Below are positions 52,526 through 64,000 of a stretch of DNA of 64,000 nucleotides, one piece after another. The notes under the pieces were generated by a model. That model saw only the letters and a list, made by a program, of their open reading frames with translations, did no database searches and was not told the DNA's origin. The stretch is from NCBI GenBank assembly GCA_028534125.1, contig CM052818.1:8868001-8932000 (forward strand). Direction: 5' to 3'. The position numbers and the translations under genes are program-made. The stretch's first letter is position 1, and each line of letters begins with the position of its first letter. This DNA is from Lama glama (Eukaryota).

Positions 52526-52934
52526 GAAAAATAACAAGGGATCAACTATCAACAAATAATGTCTTATTTCAGCTAAATGCTACACCAACAAAGTGTTAAA
52601 TCAACAAAGATTTGGCTTCTAACTTTCAATAAAAGACCTACACAGCTTTTACAGGGAAATAGCACATTAAAACACAAAAGATGTAGTTGCTTTAGTTATC
52701 ACCTTTTTAAAGAAATAAAAGGGGGACAAGGAAACTGTATGTCAAGGCATGATGCTAGGAATTTTACATGTGCCATCACATAATTTTCTTAGCAAATCTG
52801 AGATAGGGCTTTATCTCCCCTATTTCACTAACTAGTAAACTGAAGCTTAGAGTAGCTCATCACACGGTGTCCACAGTCACACAGTAAGTGGCAAAAATGA
52901 AACTCAAATCCAGATCTGTTCCACAAAAGACTAC

Positions 52935-53195
52935 ACATTCTGTAAATTCCACTTACATGAAGTTCAAAACAGGCAGAACTAATCTATGACAATATGAGTC
53001 ACACCCTAGATGATATGTCAGAATTACAGTTCCCTCTAGGGGCTGGATACTGGCTGAAACGGGATACAGGGACCTGCTGCGGTACTGAAAACGTTTACCT
53101 CCTGACCTGGTGGTGGACGCACATTCATGAGCTGCACACTTAATATCAGTGCACTTTACACACTCTACTATATGCTACACCTCAAGGTAAAAAAA
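52935..53195 (+). mobile_element. L1MC/ME 3' fragment
   Basis: attccacttacatgaagttcaaaacaggcagaactaatctatg, attcatgagctgcacacttaa..gtgcactt. Confidence 0.7.
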
Positions 53196-54622
53196 AATCC
53201 TCCTCTGATCGACTCCAGGTTCATGCTCTTTAACCACTAAAACACCACATGACCATTTTGACAGAACCTGGCCACCCTCTAGAATTGATTCCCTTGGATA
53301 ATAAGTTTTTTTAAACACTCTGGTAAGCAAAGTACATGCTAATTACATTAGAGTGAAGACATCTGAACAACAAACCTGTTTTAAATGCCACAGAATGAAA
53401 AGTAGAAAGTATCAATTTCCTTGCTACTACTGGGAATTTCCCCTCTGTAACCACATCAGAATAAAAACAATTTTGAACCTTGCTCTAAGGGAATGATCAT
53501 AGATGCACAGAAAATAATTTGTAACCAAGTCCTTAGAGTTATCTATGGAAATACCTAAATCAGACTACACAAAATATTTCAAGACATACGTTATAACTTT
53601 ATCAACAATGCCCGCTCTCAAAAGTTCGAATTTCGTTACAAAAATTAAGACAAGGCAAGAAGACAAAGGTTAAGGGCAAAGAGCATAAAACTCACAGCAG
53701 GGGCAACACGCAGTGAGTGTAAAATCTCTGTGCAGAGTTGTAACAAACAGAAAACTTGTACAAACAACTTTTTCCAGTAGTGAAGTAACTGTGTCACGTA
53801 TGCCCTAATAAGTTCTCCATCCGGTAGCAAGCTCTTCCCACTCAAGCTCTGCTCAGACTAGCAAAGCCTCATCATCAGCTGGTGATGATGAAATCATTAC
53901 ATCAATTCACTCGAAGGCTAACCCTACACATACATATACCTCTTATTCAAACGGTAATTGCCTCTCCTGAGAGAGGAATTTATTCACCCTCCAAGTTGGA
54001 GACGTATTTGGCAAGCACCTAGTAACAGTTATCCCACCTTGGGGGAAGGTGAGAGGGAAAGCTGGATCCACGCCTGTTGGGTGTATGTATGTGCTTTGGT
54101 CTTTACTGGGTGCTTTTGATTTTTCAAGTCAGGAAACACAATTTTCAAATGATCAGAGCCCAGTTTAAATCATGTTTTAACATTCCATACACACCAAAAA
54201 TGCCAGGCAAGTGACTGAAATGATTTTAGTTTCTCCTGACCATTCACATATAAGATCAAAAGGCCTTTATGAAGATTTTGCAGTACCAGTAACTTATGCA
54301 CCACCGCGGGCATGCTGCAGTGGGTTACATAACCAAGTATTATCCCAGACGCAAGAATGTCAATGTTTATAAAAGTAACCACTTGCATTTATTAATTTTT
54401 AAAGTCTTTAACAAACTGTCCAATAAAACTGTCAAAAAAGAAAGTAAGTAGAGTCAAATATTGTGGCTATTAAGCAAGTTAGGATGAATTTAAAACACTG
54501 ACCTGGTATGTTTAAGAACAGAGTGTGATTCAAGCACATTCACAGCCCTGGTTCAGCATTCCTAAATTATGGTTTAAAAAAACACCCCAGGACTGTCAGA
54601 AAACATTAAAACTTAAAAGTTT

Positions 54623-55082
54623 TGAAGGGGAGCAGAATATGCCACCCCAAAATATGTCACTTTGACACACTGGTTATTTTGAACTAAAGTTACCTGAGAA
54701 AACAGCCAGCAAAGGACACTCCGACCCTCCTTTGTCCCCCCTGAAAGCAGGAAATAAATCTCCCACGTGAAGGTATCCTCCCTGCACCATGAGGGGAGAA
54801 GGCATTCTTATCAATAGAGATAGGAAATTCAGGGCTGAAAAGGCTATACAAACAAACCTCGTTACTTCTTCACTAATTAGCTACCCTAAGCCCAAACTCC
54901 TTTGTTTTGTCAATCCTTCAGAAATTGGTTTCCTTTGGTCATTTCTTTGAGTTGTGTACTTTTATGGGATCCTGTACACAAGAAATCAAATTTGTTCTTC
55001 TCCTGTTAATTTGTCTTATGTCAATTTAACTATTAGAGAGCCAAAGAACTTAGAAGGGAAGAGAAAAGTTTTCCTCTCTACA
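54623..55082 (+). mobile_element. Complete MER34-like ERV1 solo LTR with 4-bp TSD
   Basis: TG...CA termini (tgaaggggagcagaatatgccacccc ... ttttcctctctaca) flanked by GTTT on both sides. Confidence 0.85.
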
Positions 55083-55589
55083 GTTTCAAAATTCAAGAAA
55101 CAAAGGATTTACCTTTTCTCTTATCCCTGCCTCAGCTGAAAAAGTCCCACACATTTTTATCCAGAAATCTTAACTTTATACCAACGGTGCATCATGTAAA
55201 GCAAAATGATTAACTTCAACAAACTGTAGAGTGTAAAATCAACCATGAATTATCAGTTCCACTTCCTACTTTTAGCAAAACTTTAGTATCTTAGAGAAAT
55301 GTGAATTGTGAATTTGAAAACAAGGAAATCTGCAAAACTACAAACCACTGATGTATACTCAGCTTTTCATCAGGGACTCAAGAAAAAAAAATCAATTCGT
55401 AATTTTTATAAGTGTATTATGTTTATTTTACTTAAAAGGTTACCTCCTTCCCTGGATTTTAAAAACTATCCACATTTGCCAAATCTGGCTGATTTCAGTC
55501 TTAGTCAGACAAATCTAAATGGTTATTGTTTTTGGTAAGGGGAGCTGATGTCTGGAGGAACTGCTATATTGATTATACAGTGACCACCA

Positions 55590-55775
55590 CTTATCGAGCA
55601 CTTCTTCACTCCCATGATGCAGAGCTAGGAGTTTAGCAAACCTTATCCTATTTGTCCTCGAAAACAATCTTGTAGAGCAGACACTACCATTTCCAAAACC
55701 AGACATGGAAAATGAGGCAGGGATGATAAACAACTTGTCCAAGGTCACTGAACAGTATGTGGCAGAATCAAGACC
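55590..55775 (-). mobile_element. MIR SINE
   Basis: aacttgtccaaggtcac..gtggcagaatcaagac. Confidence 0.65.
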
Positions 55776-56699
55776 AGTGAACAGTGAGGGTGGGAACTTG
55801 GAACTCCCAGGGAGAATTAAGTCTTTTGTCATACACATGCCATTTGCGCAAAAACTAAATGAAAAGCAGTGAGCTCCTGTAGGGAGATTCCCAAGTGAAA
55901 AAGCAGTATTCCAAACTGAAAAAGTACTTCCAAAGAGAAGACCTAAAGATAAAGACATCAGTAAAGGCTTGGCGGAGGAGAAAGGTTTACTCAATTAGAG
56001 TTCTGCAGAGCTCCCGAACTTCCCTGGTCTTAAAACCTAACTCCCAAATTCCACCAGGCTTAGTAACCTCTGTTCAAAAGTAACAGAAGAGGGAACTAGG
56101 ACAGTGGGAAGAAGTGACCGCCCAGCCCTGTCCTTCCTCTGAGTCAGCTGTCAGATCCGCACGGGAGAGACCATGAGAAGGCTGAGATTGAGAGCCCCAG
56201 GCCTGGGCTGGGCTCGGCTGGGCCCCCGCCTTCCTAGCCCCCATCCTGGCCCTGTCAGCCACCTCTTTAACCATCCCATTACCTCCCGAGGCAAAATTAC
56301 TGTGGAAGGATTTGTTATAACAAGCCCATATTCACCAACTGGCTTTGCAATCTGAAATCTACAGCAAAGGCTCCAACAAGGGAGCGGCAGGAGAACATGG
56401 TATAATTGTTCCACTATCGTTCTACGAAGTTGGGGAAGTTCAGGAGGCCATGAGGGGCAGGAGAGACAAGACAAACATACCACCCCTACGTTTTAGGAGA
56501 GGGAGCCTCCTCGCCAACCCAAGTTTAAAATGTAGATATTATTTTCAGAGATGAGCTTTTACTCCGCCACTTGTGGGGAGTATCTAGGCTGTTCCTCCCC
56601 ACTTGATGGGTAGACAGTGGCTTCTAGGGCTCCCCAGCCCTGAGTGGAGAATACAGTGGCCTGGAAATTAAGGTGACTCGGTTTTACTGCCTCCAGAAG

Positions 56700-58060
56700 G
56701 GTCCCCCTGCCGTCCCGGGGCAGCTGCCAGGACCTGAGCCTCAATACCTCAAGGAGTCGGCACCGAGCACCCCCACGCCCACCCTCCACGCCAGGTGTTT
56801 TGCAGCGGTCGGCTCGACAAGCTCCCCGCAGCACCCACCCTTCCCCCTGCTCAGGTTTCGGTCAAGTAGCGTGGTTAATCATTCAACACGAGCGGCGTGG
56901 AATATTTTTGTAGAGGTCAAAGCGAAAGGTTCTCCCTAAGTTTCACAGAAACTACCCTTTAGGGACCCGGAGGTAGCAGTGGTAGGCGGGTGGGGGTGGG
57001 GAGCGACTGCTGGCGGCTCTTTGGCTCACAAAACACCTGATCTCCCCATGCGGCACCCGAGGCAGCGCAGTGCGAGGGTGTGGGTGCGGGGGTGCCAGCG
57101 CGAAATTAAGCACAGCCCCCTCCCCAAAACGCCCGTGCAACCCAGTTGAGGACGCCTGGCCCCAGATGCTCCTTCCCAAAGCCTGCATCACTTCGGCGCG
57201 GGCTCCCCCGGAAGTTGGGGTGCAGAGGGGAGGGGGAATGTTCCCTAGTCCCGGGGGAGTGGAGGGTGTGGAATGGAGCAAGAGGCTTTTTAGACACGCT
57301 GCTGCGGGTTTCGTTATCCACTTCCTCTGGGGTAAGGAAGGTGGCCGGGGACCGAGGGGGAGAACGGAGACGCCTAAATGCAGCAGGAGCACCTAGAGAC
57401 AGTTTCCTCCGCTGGGGCGCCGATACGAAGCCGGAACCGGCGAGGAACCAGGTTGTAGGGGGAGACAGAGGGGCCAGCGCAGGGGAAGCCGGGGACTAGA
57501 CAGCTAGGAGGGAGCAGAGGGAGCCTGGGGAGGTGGGGGGAGGGGAAGGGGGAGGGAGGCGGCGGGAGTGCACACTCTCCCGGCCCTACCTTGTCCGGGA
57601 GCAGCTCCTGCTCAGCGGGGCGGGGGCGGGGGCGGGAGATCGCGGCCGCATCCACGTCCCGGCCGCTCCGCGCGGCTCAGCCCGGCGACCGCCGCAGCTC
57701 TCGCTCCATGCGTTGTGCCCGCGATGGGCGGCCGGACTGTGTCAGAGGCGGGGTAGCTCCGGCTCGGCTCGGCCTGGCTCGGCTCCGGCACTTGTTGCCG
57801 CCGCAGCCGCTGCGCCTCACTCAGGGTTCCAGCTCCCGGCGCCGCCGCCGCTGCCTCGGGGCTCCTTGGCCCGGCCCCGTCCCTGCCCGACGCGCCAATC
57901 AGGCCCGGCACCGCCCCTTACGTCACCGCCCAGCCCAGCCCAACCCGCCGCCCCGCGCCCCAAGTTTGGAGAAGGCGTAGCTCCTGCCAGTCTGCCAGTG
58001 GGCGCCTTGGGGCCCGCCCAAGCTCGTGTAACACCTGGCTTCCGGGGACCCTGCGGGCCC
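56700..58060. promoter_or_regulatory. CpG island / B3GNT2 promoter
   Basis: Very high GC and CpG density. CCAAT at 57895-57899, CRE/ATF-like TTACGTCA at 57918-57925, GC boxes CCGCCC at 57911 and 57926, no obvious TATA. Confidence 0.9.
57590..57870 (-). other. B3GNT2: B3GNT2 non-coding exon 1 (5'UTR); TSS approximate
   Basis: Lies inside the CpG island. Minus-strand donor GACAAG|GTAGGG, with the exon ending at 57590. The 5' end is inferred from the CCAAT/CRE/GC boxes just upstream. Confidence 0.8.
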
Positions 58061-60147
58061 ACACCTAGAAAGCAAGAGGTTAAAAGGGGGAAAGTGGACC
58101 CCAAGAAGTAGACCTTGTGGGGAAAAAGGGCAGCTTAAATTTCAAAGAACTGTTTTCCAACTCCAGTCTAACCTAAATCCCTCTTGCAGTCGCCCCTTTT
58201 GTAGGCATCTGATGTTGGAAGACTAAGTACGTGGCCTTGTGAGGACTCCAGTGGCCTCTTCTGGCCGGAGCCGGTTTGTGACTGGTGCTAGACCGAACCC
58301 TGGCCACCCAAGTGCTTGGGCAGATGTGCCCCCCCACCAAATCCAGGGTTCCACCATGGAAAGTGTGGGGCTTGGGAACCAAAATGGGACTTGACCATTG
58401 CTCTCTGCCCACTTGGTACCTGCCGCCACCTCGTAGGTGCCCAAATGAAGTCTACTTGGCACTGCTACCCGATCTTCGGATTTATGAAGTCGCCCAGGAC
58501 ATGGGGAGGGGGTGGTGTTAATTCTCCTCTTTGTGCTGTCTTGCAGAGAGTTCCCTCAAAGCTCCACGCGAGTCTCGGGAAGCCAGAAACTCAAGGTACC
58601 CTGATGCTGGGCCTCGAGTCAGCGCCGCAGCCCAAGGGACAGGGTGGATACCTAGATGCAACCTTAATGGCTGAACTCTGACACACATACCTCCAGCTCC
58701 CTCTGGCTGGATGGGGACTTGGCGCCAACCACACCCACCCGCCGCAACTCCCGAGACCACTGACGCACTCTCCTATCCCAGCGCCCCCGTCGGCTCGCCA
58801 GAGCATTGCATTCTAAGGTGAGTCCAAGCTTTGGCTGACACAATTTTGAGGGCCCCAGGTGAGGGCCCCGACGCGACCGGATGGAGAGGTTACCCTGGTT
58901 TGAAAGGCCCAGTGCTCGTCCTCTACACTCCGCGGGGAGGTAAGCCCAGAGGCGCACCTGATAGCGCTCCCTCTCCTCGCTTGGTCCTTATCTCTCCAGG
59001 AAGAAAGCAATCCCTTTTAGATAATCTGAATAAGGAATTAAGAACACCACAGCCTCAATTATTTGCATTTTTCAGAAGTCTTTCTGAGGCAGAATTAACT
59101 GAAAGAGAAGGAATTACTAAAGTAGTAATTTCAGGTTCCTTTGAGCTCAGCCTACTCAACTAAGGGCCCTTATGCTTATCCAAACTCAGAGCAAAAGAAG
59201 AGCAGGTTGCTGCTGGATGCCCTGAGCCACGTGGGTGCTGTCCTCTAGAAACAGGAATTCTGAGTCAGATCTGGGAAAGTTTTGATTTGCAGTCTTCAGA
59301 CCTTTTTGTTTTTCTGTTGATCACATGATTCTCCTAAGACTGGGACATAAAGGCCAAGAAACAGGTGGATTTTTGTATATTCATAGAAAAACATGTGGAA
59401 GGAAGCAGACAGGCTGTTAACCACCATTATGCCAGATGTGGGATTGGGGTATCGGGAGGGGAGATGAATTTTATACCCTTATTGACTTTGAGTTTTTTTC
59501 CAGTTACATTAACTTTCATAATTTAGAAAAGTAATAAAACATTTTTAAAGAGATAAAGGTATAAAAAATTCCTTAAGAACTCTACAGAAAGTATAAATGA
59601 ATAAACAAATGAAACCTATATCTTTCATTCTGTGTCAAAATAATTAATCCTGAGTCCATGTTCATAGATTTAAATAAGAATACCTTCAGGCTGCTCTTCT
59701 GATTTTTAAACGCTGTGATGGGACAAGACTGGCATCTGAAGACTCTTTTCTGCCATCAGATGAGTATATTGTTTCTACACATATGTGTCTTCCCTTTAAA
59801 TGCACTCCCAGTAGCCACAGACATACTCTCAGGGACTGCCAGCCAAGGAGTTTTTAGTAAAGGAACTGCTACAATGTCAGCTGGCAACCAACAAGGAAAT
59901 TAAGCTGTATCCTCTACAGCTGCCAAAAGCTGCCCAGGCCCTGATATTTAAAAATACGGACATTCTTTTCATAGTGCCGTTAATTAATGAAGCTGGGAGT
60001 GTATCTGTAACAGTTACAATGTGTCTTTAGGGGAATTACTCAATGCTAAATTCCACTATTCAACTAAATTACTCAACGCTAAATGCCCACTTGGCTATAG
60101 TCTGCTCTTGAGTTGCAGCAGAGTCTATCACCAGTAGATAAAGATGT

Positions 60148-62350
60148 ATGATTCATTTATTTAACAAATATGTGTTGACCACCTACTAAGTGCATGGCAT
60201 AGGGCTGGGCACTGGAGTGGTGAACATGGCAGACATGCTCTTCCCTCTTGGAGCTCACAGTCTAGATGGAAAGAGAAGAGGTTAACAATTAAAATGCACT
60301 ATCAACTGTATAATTACTGTTGTGATATGGGCCAAAAGGAGTGCAAGGTAGAGAGACCATTTGTCTGGAGAGTCCAAGGGGAGGCGACATTTGAGTTGAG
60401 CTCTGAAGAGTGAGCAGGATTTACTCAGGCGAGGAGCAGCATGGAACAGAGTTCCTGGCTGGTTCAGGCTACAAAAGGGGATGTGGTTGAGGAAGAGGTT
60501 GGAGAGGTAGGCAGGGGCTAGATCATGCACGGTCTACTATACCATTTTCAGTAAGATCACTCTGACCACAATGTGAAGAAGGAATAAGGGAGGGGGAGAT
60601 GTCGGGTGAGGGACAGTTAGGAGACTGTTGCTATAATATAAGTGAAAGGGGCTGCTTGTCTAAGCAGTAGAACAAATGGAGAGGAATAGATACCAACAAG
60701 ACCTGGTGATTGCTTAGCTAGGGAGGAATCAAGGAAAGCCCCAGGTCTCTGCTTCTTCAACCAGATGGATGGTGGTGCCATTTTCGGAGTTGGGAGACCC
60801 TCAGAGAAGGAGGATTGAGAATACCATCCCAAGGTTCACATTTGGTCAAGGTGGATGTGAGATGCCTGTATAATGTCCAAGTGGAGATGTTGAGTAGGTG
60901 GTTAGCTGTAGGGTCTGGTGCTCTGTGGAGAGGCTGGGACTGAAGTAGCTGGTTTGGAGGTGGTAATAAAGTCACAAGAGTGAGATGGCCTCCTAGGAGA
61001 GTACAGAGTTCAACCAGAAGAGAGCCTTGGACTGAGCCTGGTTAGAAACCTTATCTAAAAGCTGGACAGAGGCAAACTATCTGGCAGAGGAGGTGGAGGA
61101 GCAGCCAGAAAGCCTGGGGAAGTGGTGTGATGGAGCCCAGGGAAAGAATGTGTCATAGGCAGTAGCCAACAACACTCACAATGGCTGAGAGACCCAAGGG
61201 AAATGAGGACTGAATATATCCACCAAACTGGGTGACCTTGGTGTCGCTAGGGCTTTTATGGAGCAGTGACTAGGGGAATGAAGGGGTGAGAGATAACTGG
61301 AGTGGATTGAAGAGTGAGCAAAAGGTGAAAAAATGAAGACAGGTACTGAGTACAGGCAACTCTTGAAAGGTTTAATTGCGAAGGGTCAGAGAGAGAAATA
61401 GCTGGAGAGGAATGTTATGCCAGCAGAGGGTTTATTTTACTATTTATTTATTGACTCATTCATTTATTTATTTTACGGTGGAATAAATTGAATGTGTTTA
61501 AATGCAGATGGGAAAGGTTTTATAGAGAAGAGGAAGATGAAGGTACAGCAGAGAAAGGACAATGGACAATATGACCAGGGGAAAGGATGGAAGCAGAGTA
61601 TGGGTGGAAAAGCTGACCTCGTGTAGGAGGCCACCTCCTCTATTATAAGAGGTGAGAGGGGGATGGGAGCAGGACTGAACCATGCAGGTTTGAAATAGGA
61701 CATAGAATCCTTCCATCTGATGACTTCCTCTTACTCTGGAAGGAGATTGGGAGTGGGGCCAGGAGAGATGAGAGAATTGAAGAGAGAGGAGATGGTTTGA
61801 TACAGCCACTGCAGAAGGTGGGAGGGTTGACATGACCAGAGATGCGGCAGGATGACAAGGCAGCAATGGCCACCCTCTTAAGGTTGGTGGCTTGAACTTG
61901 TAAGATGCCCTTTGTAAGGCCCTCTTAAGTGATTGCCTCCAGCAGAGCTCAGCTGTCTGCTCTGGTGCAGGCTCAGATGAGGGAATTGCTAGGGCAGGGG
62001 AACAAATTCCTTTTGCCAAGGAATTGAGAACCTTGGCAAAAGGGTAGTTGACATGATGCATGATAGCAGGACAGAAGTCAAAGGGCCAAAGGAGCTCAAT
62101 CATCGTGGAAGGATAGGAGGTTGAATCAGAGATTTGGATGCTTAAGTCTGTGGTTCAGGAGGTGGAGAAGTTTAGGAACATGACAAAGCCAGGATGTGAT
62201 GGGGGAGAGTAGAGAAGACAGTCACTGGAGAATGTAAAGTCAAGAGATTAAGAGGCAGGTTATTGGAATCATCTGTGTGGATAGTGAAACCATCCAGCAG
62301 GGTCTGGGCAAGAACTGGGGTCAGGGTCGTGGTGTGAAGGCCATGGAGCT
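60148..62350 (-). mobile_element. Long L2 remnant (3' end at ~60150)
   Basis: attcatttatttaacaaatatgtgttgaccacctac, taagatcactctg, aatgtccaagtggagatgttgagtagg, tgaggactga; purine-rich + strand typical of antisense L2. Confidence 0.8.
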
Positions 62351-62689
62351 AGGAGCTAGGAGAGTGAGGGAATGACCAGGAGGTCAGAAGATGGGAACCA
62401 CCAGCTGGGGGGATGAGCACTGTGGAATGATGGCAGGATAGAGGCTCCACGAGGGAACGACTTTGAAAATAGATACCAGAGGCCCAGTCTGTTTCGCCCC
62501 AGTTGTCTCTAGACCCAGGGCTCTGCAGACCACTGCCACGTCCCCTCACTTCCTTCTCTTCCCCAAGATGTCCATCAGGGACAAGGGCATGTGGAGGCCT
62601 CCCTCCCTCCTCCCCCTCTTCTCCCCTGGAGGCTTTGTTGTCCATCAAATGAAACCCGCTGGGAGCCTGGCGGTAATCAGGAATCCCAG

Positions 62690-62876
62690 GCTTGTCTCAC
62701 CTCTGCTACTCACCTTCTGTCTTTCCTCAGACAGGCTGTTGACCTCTTCTGTCTCAGTTTCACTGTCTGTAAAATGAGGATGCTTAAACACACACCCCTC
62801 TCAGGGCAACTGTAAGGAGTAGAGGAGATAAGTAAGTAAAAGCACTTTCTAAACTGTAAAGCACTGTAGGAATGTG
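62690..62876 (+). mobile_element. MIR SINE
   Basis: gacctcttctgtctcagtttcactgtctgtaaaatgaggat..gtaaaagcacttt..aaactgtaaagcact. Confidence 0.75.
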
Positions 62877-64000
62877 AGTGAATTCCCTTGTTCAGAACCC
62901 CCTCACATCCACCCTCAGAAGCCCCCTCTCAGGACCTCTCTCAGGAGCCCTCCCAGAAAGACTGAGTCCCTGCTGCAGAGGAAGCTGTCATCTTGCCCCG
63001 GAGACAGAACACACACACCCAAAACAATTAGAGAGGAATGCACAGCTGTGTCTGATTAAGTGCTAAATTGTAAGATGCAGACAATGAGAGCTCTGAGATC
63101 AGACAAGGGAACAATTAGCCAGAGTTGGGAAAGTCTAGGAGACTTCCTAGAGAAGGTGGGTGGAAGGTGCCCAGGCTGCTCACTTATCCCGAGGAGAATA
63201 TTTGCAAATATGCCCATTCCTTTGTGGCTGCAAAGACTGTCAATCTGAAAATCGGACATGGGTCTACAGAAAGTTTCCCAGTCAAGATTTCTCTCTTGGA
63301 GCCCCTGCTTCTGTTGTCACTCCTATGCCCTACCCCCTCTCAAGTGCACTCCTGTGCTCCCCCTAGGCTGGTGGGCCACCTTGGCCCCAAAGAATCCTAT
63401 GTGCTTGGCCCTGGGCCTCTCATGTTTGGGTCTCTCATGTCACCCATTTCCTGGTGAAGAAAGAGGTTGACCTTCAGTAAGTTTCCTGTGCCCTCTTTTG
63501 TGCCAGCACACACCTGGTATTTTTGCCCAGCCAGACTGCAGGCTTTTGAGCAAGCAGTCCTGGAGGCCCCTGGCCAGCCTAGAGCACCTGCATGTTCATA
63601 GAACAAAAGCCTTGAGCCAGCTCCCACACCTGCTTCATTTGCTCTTTATTGCCTCTGCCTTGTTGTTCAGGAGCACCCAGCCACGTGCCGTGGAGCTGCC
63701 CCTCTCCAGCCTGAGTCCTGCAACCCCAGAGTTGGCTTCTGCCTCCTTGGTTATGTTGAAGTCAACTCCTGCAGCCCTTTGGACACAGTTCAGAATGAAG
63801 ACCTTCCTCCTCAGTAGCTAGACCCCATGGCCTGGTCGGTGCCTCCGCCATGGACCTCTGTCCTTCCTTCACCACAAGCCTGAGAAAGACCCCAGCACGC
63901 CCTGGAGCCAAGCGCTCACAGGTAGCGACAGAAGCAGAAATCCCCGAATCTCATCTATGCTGTGGACAAAGGTTTCTCCAAAAGGACAGCAGTAATTTGG

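Larger units (their letters stand above)
35963..57589 (-). other. B3GNT2: B3GNT2 intron 1 (~21.6 kb, GT-AG)
   Basis: Acceptor on the minus strand is CTAAT...TCCTCCTCTCTTTTATTTCAG|ATATGAGAAATG (AG at 35964-35963, 9 nt before the ATG). Donor GT at 57589-57588. Confidence 0.82.

Noticed and set aside
53850..53970. Possible C/D box snoRNA (RTGATGA motifs)
   Set aside because: On the host (minus) strand the nearest CTGA is far too close to box C; the + strand pairing is antisense to the host and lacks a terminal stem.
57070..58111. Many Pro/Arg/Ala/Gly-rich ORFs on both strands
   Set aside because: Typical CpG-island artefacts. The GTG ORF at 57655 is in frame with B3GNT2 after splicing but hits TGA just before the ATG.
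61498..62103. 201-aa minus-strand ORF
   Set aside because: Lies in a decayed L2 element; no convincing intact RT or endonuclease motifs.
1..64000. CRISPR arrays, operons, rRNA or other prokaryotic/viral systems
   Set aside because: The sequence is clearly mammalian; I saw no repeat-spacer array, rRNA, or intact retroviral or transposase ORF.

Overview
Eukaryotic (mammalian) genomic DNA, very probably a camelid, judged from seven copies of a tRNA-derived SINE resembling vic-1 plus artiodactyl-type L1 3' ends. The window holds one protein-coding gene, B3GNT2 (beta-1,3-N-acetylglucosaminyltransferase 2, GT31 family), on the minus strand. Its structure is a CpG-island promoter and non-coding exon 1 (~57590-57870), a ~21.6 kb intron, and exon 2 carrying the whole 397-aa CDS (35953->34760) plus a ~1.3 kb 3'UTR with two AATAAA signals. 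The rest is intergenic or intronic and dominated by interspersed repeats (L1, L2, MIR, MaLR/ERV LTRs, Tigger1, hAT elements, young SINEs). Almost all other ORFs in the track are chance ORFs. I found no convincing new biological system. The most interesting observations are three upstream AUGs in the spliced B3GNT2 leader (one uORF stops on the main ATG, one overlaps the CDS), a candidate divergent spliced transcript beside the promoter, an orphan CpG-rich island at ~12 kb, tandem poly(A) sites, and an extra N-glycosylation sequon near the catalytic motif. Repeat family names and boundaries are by eye from remembered consensus sequences and need RepeatMasker/Dfam confirmation.
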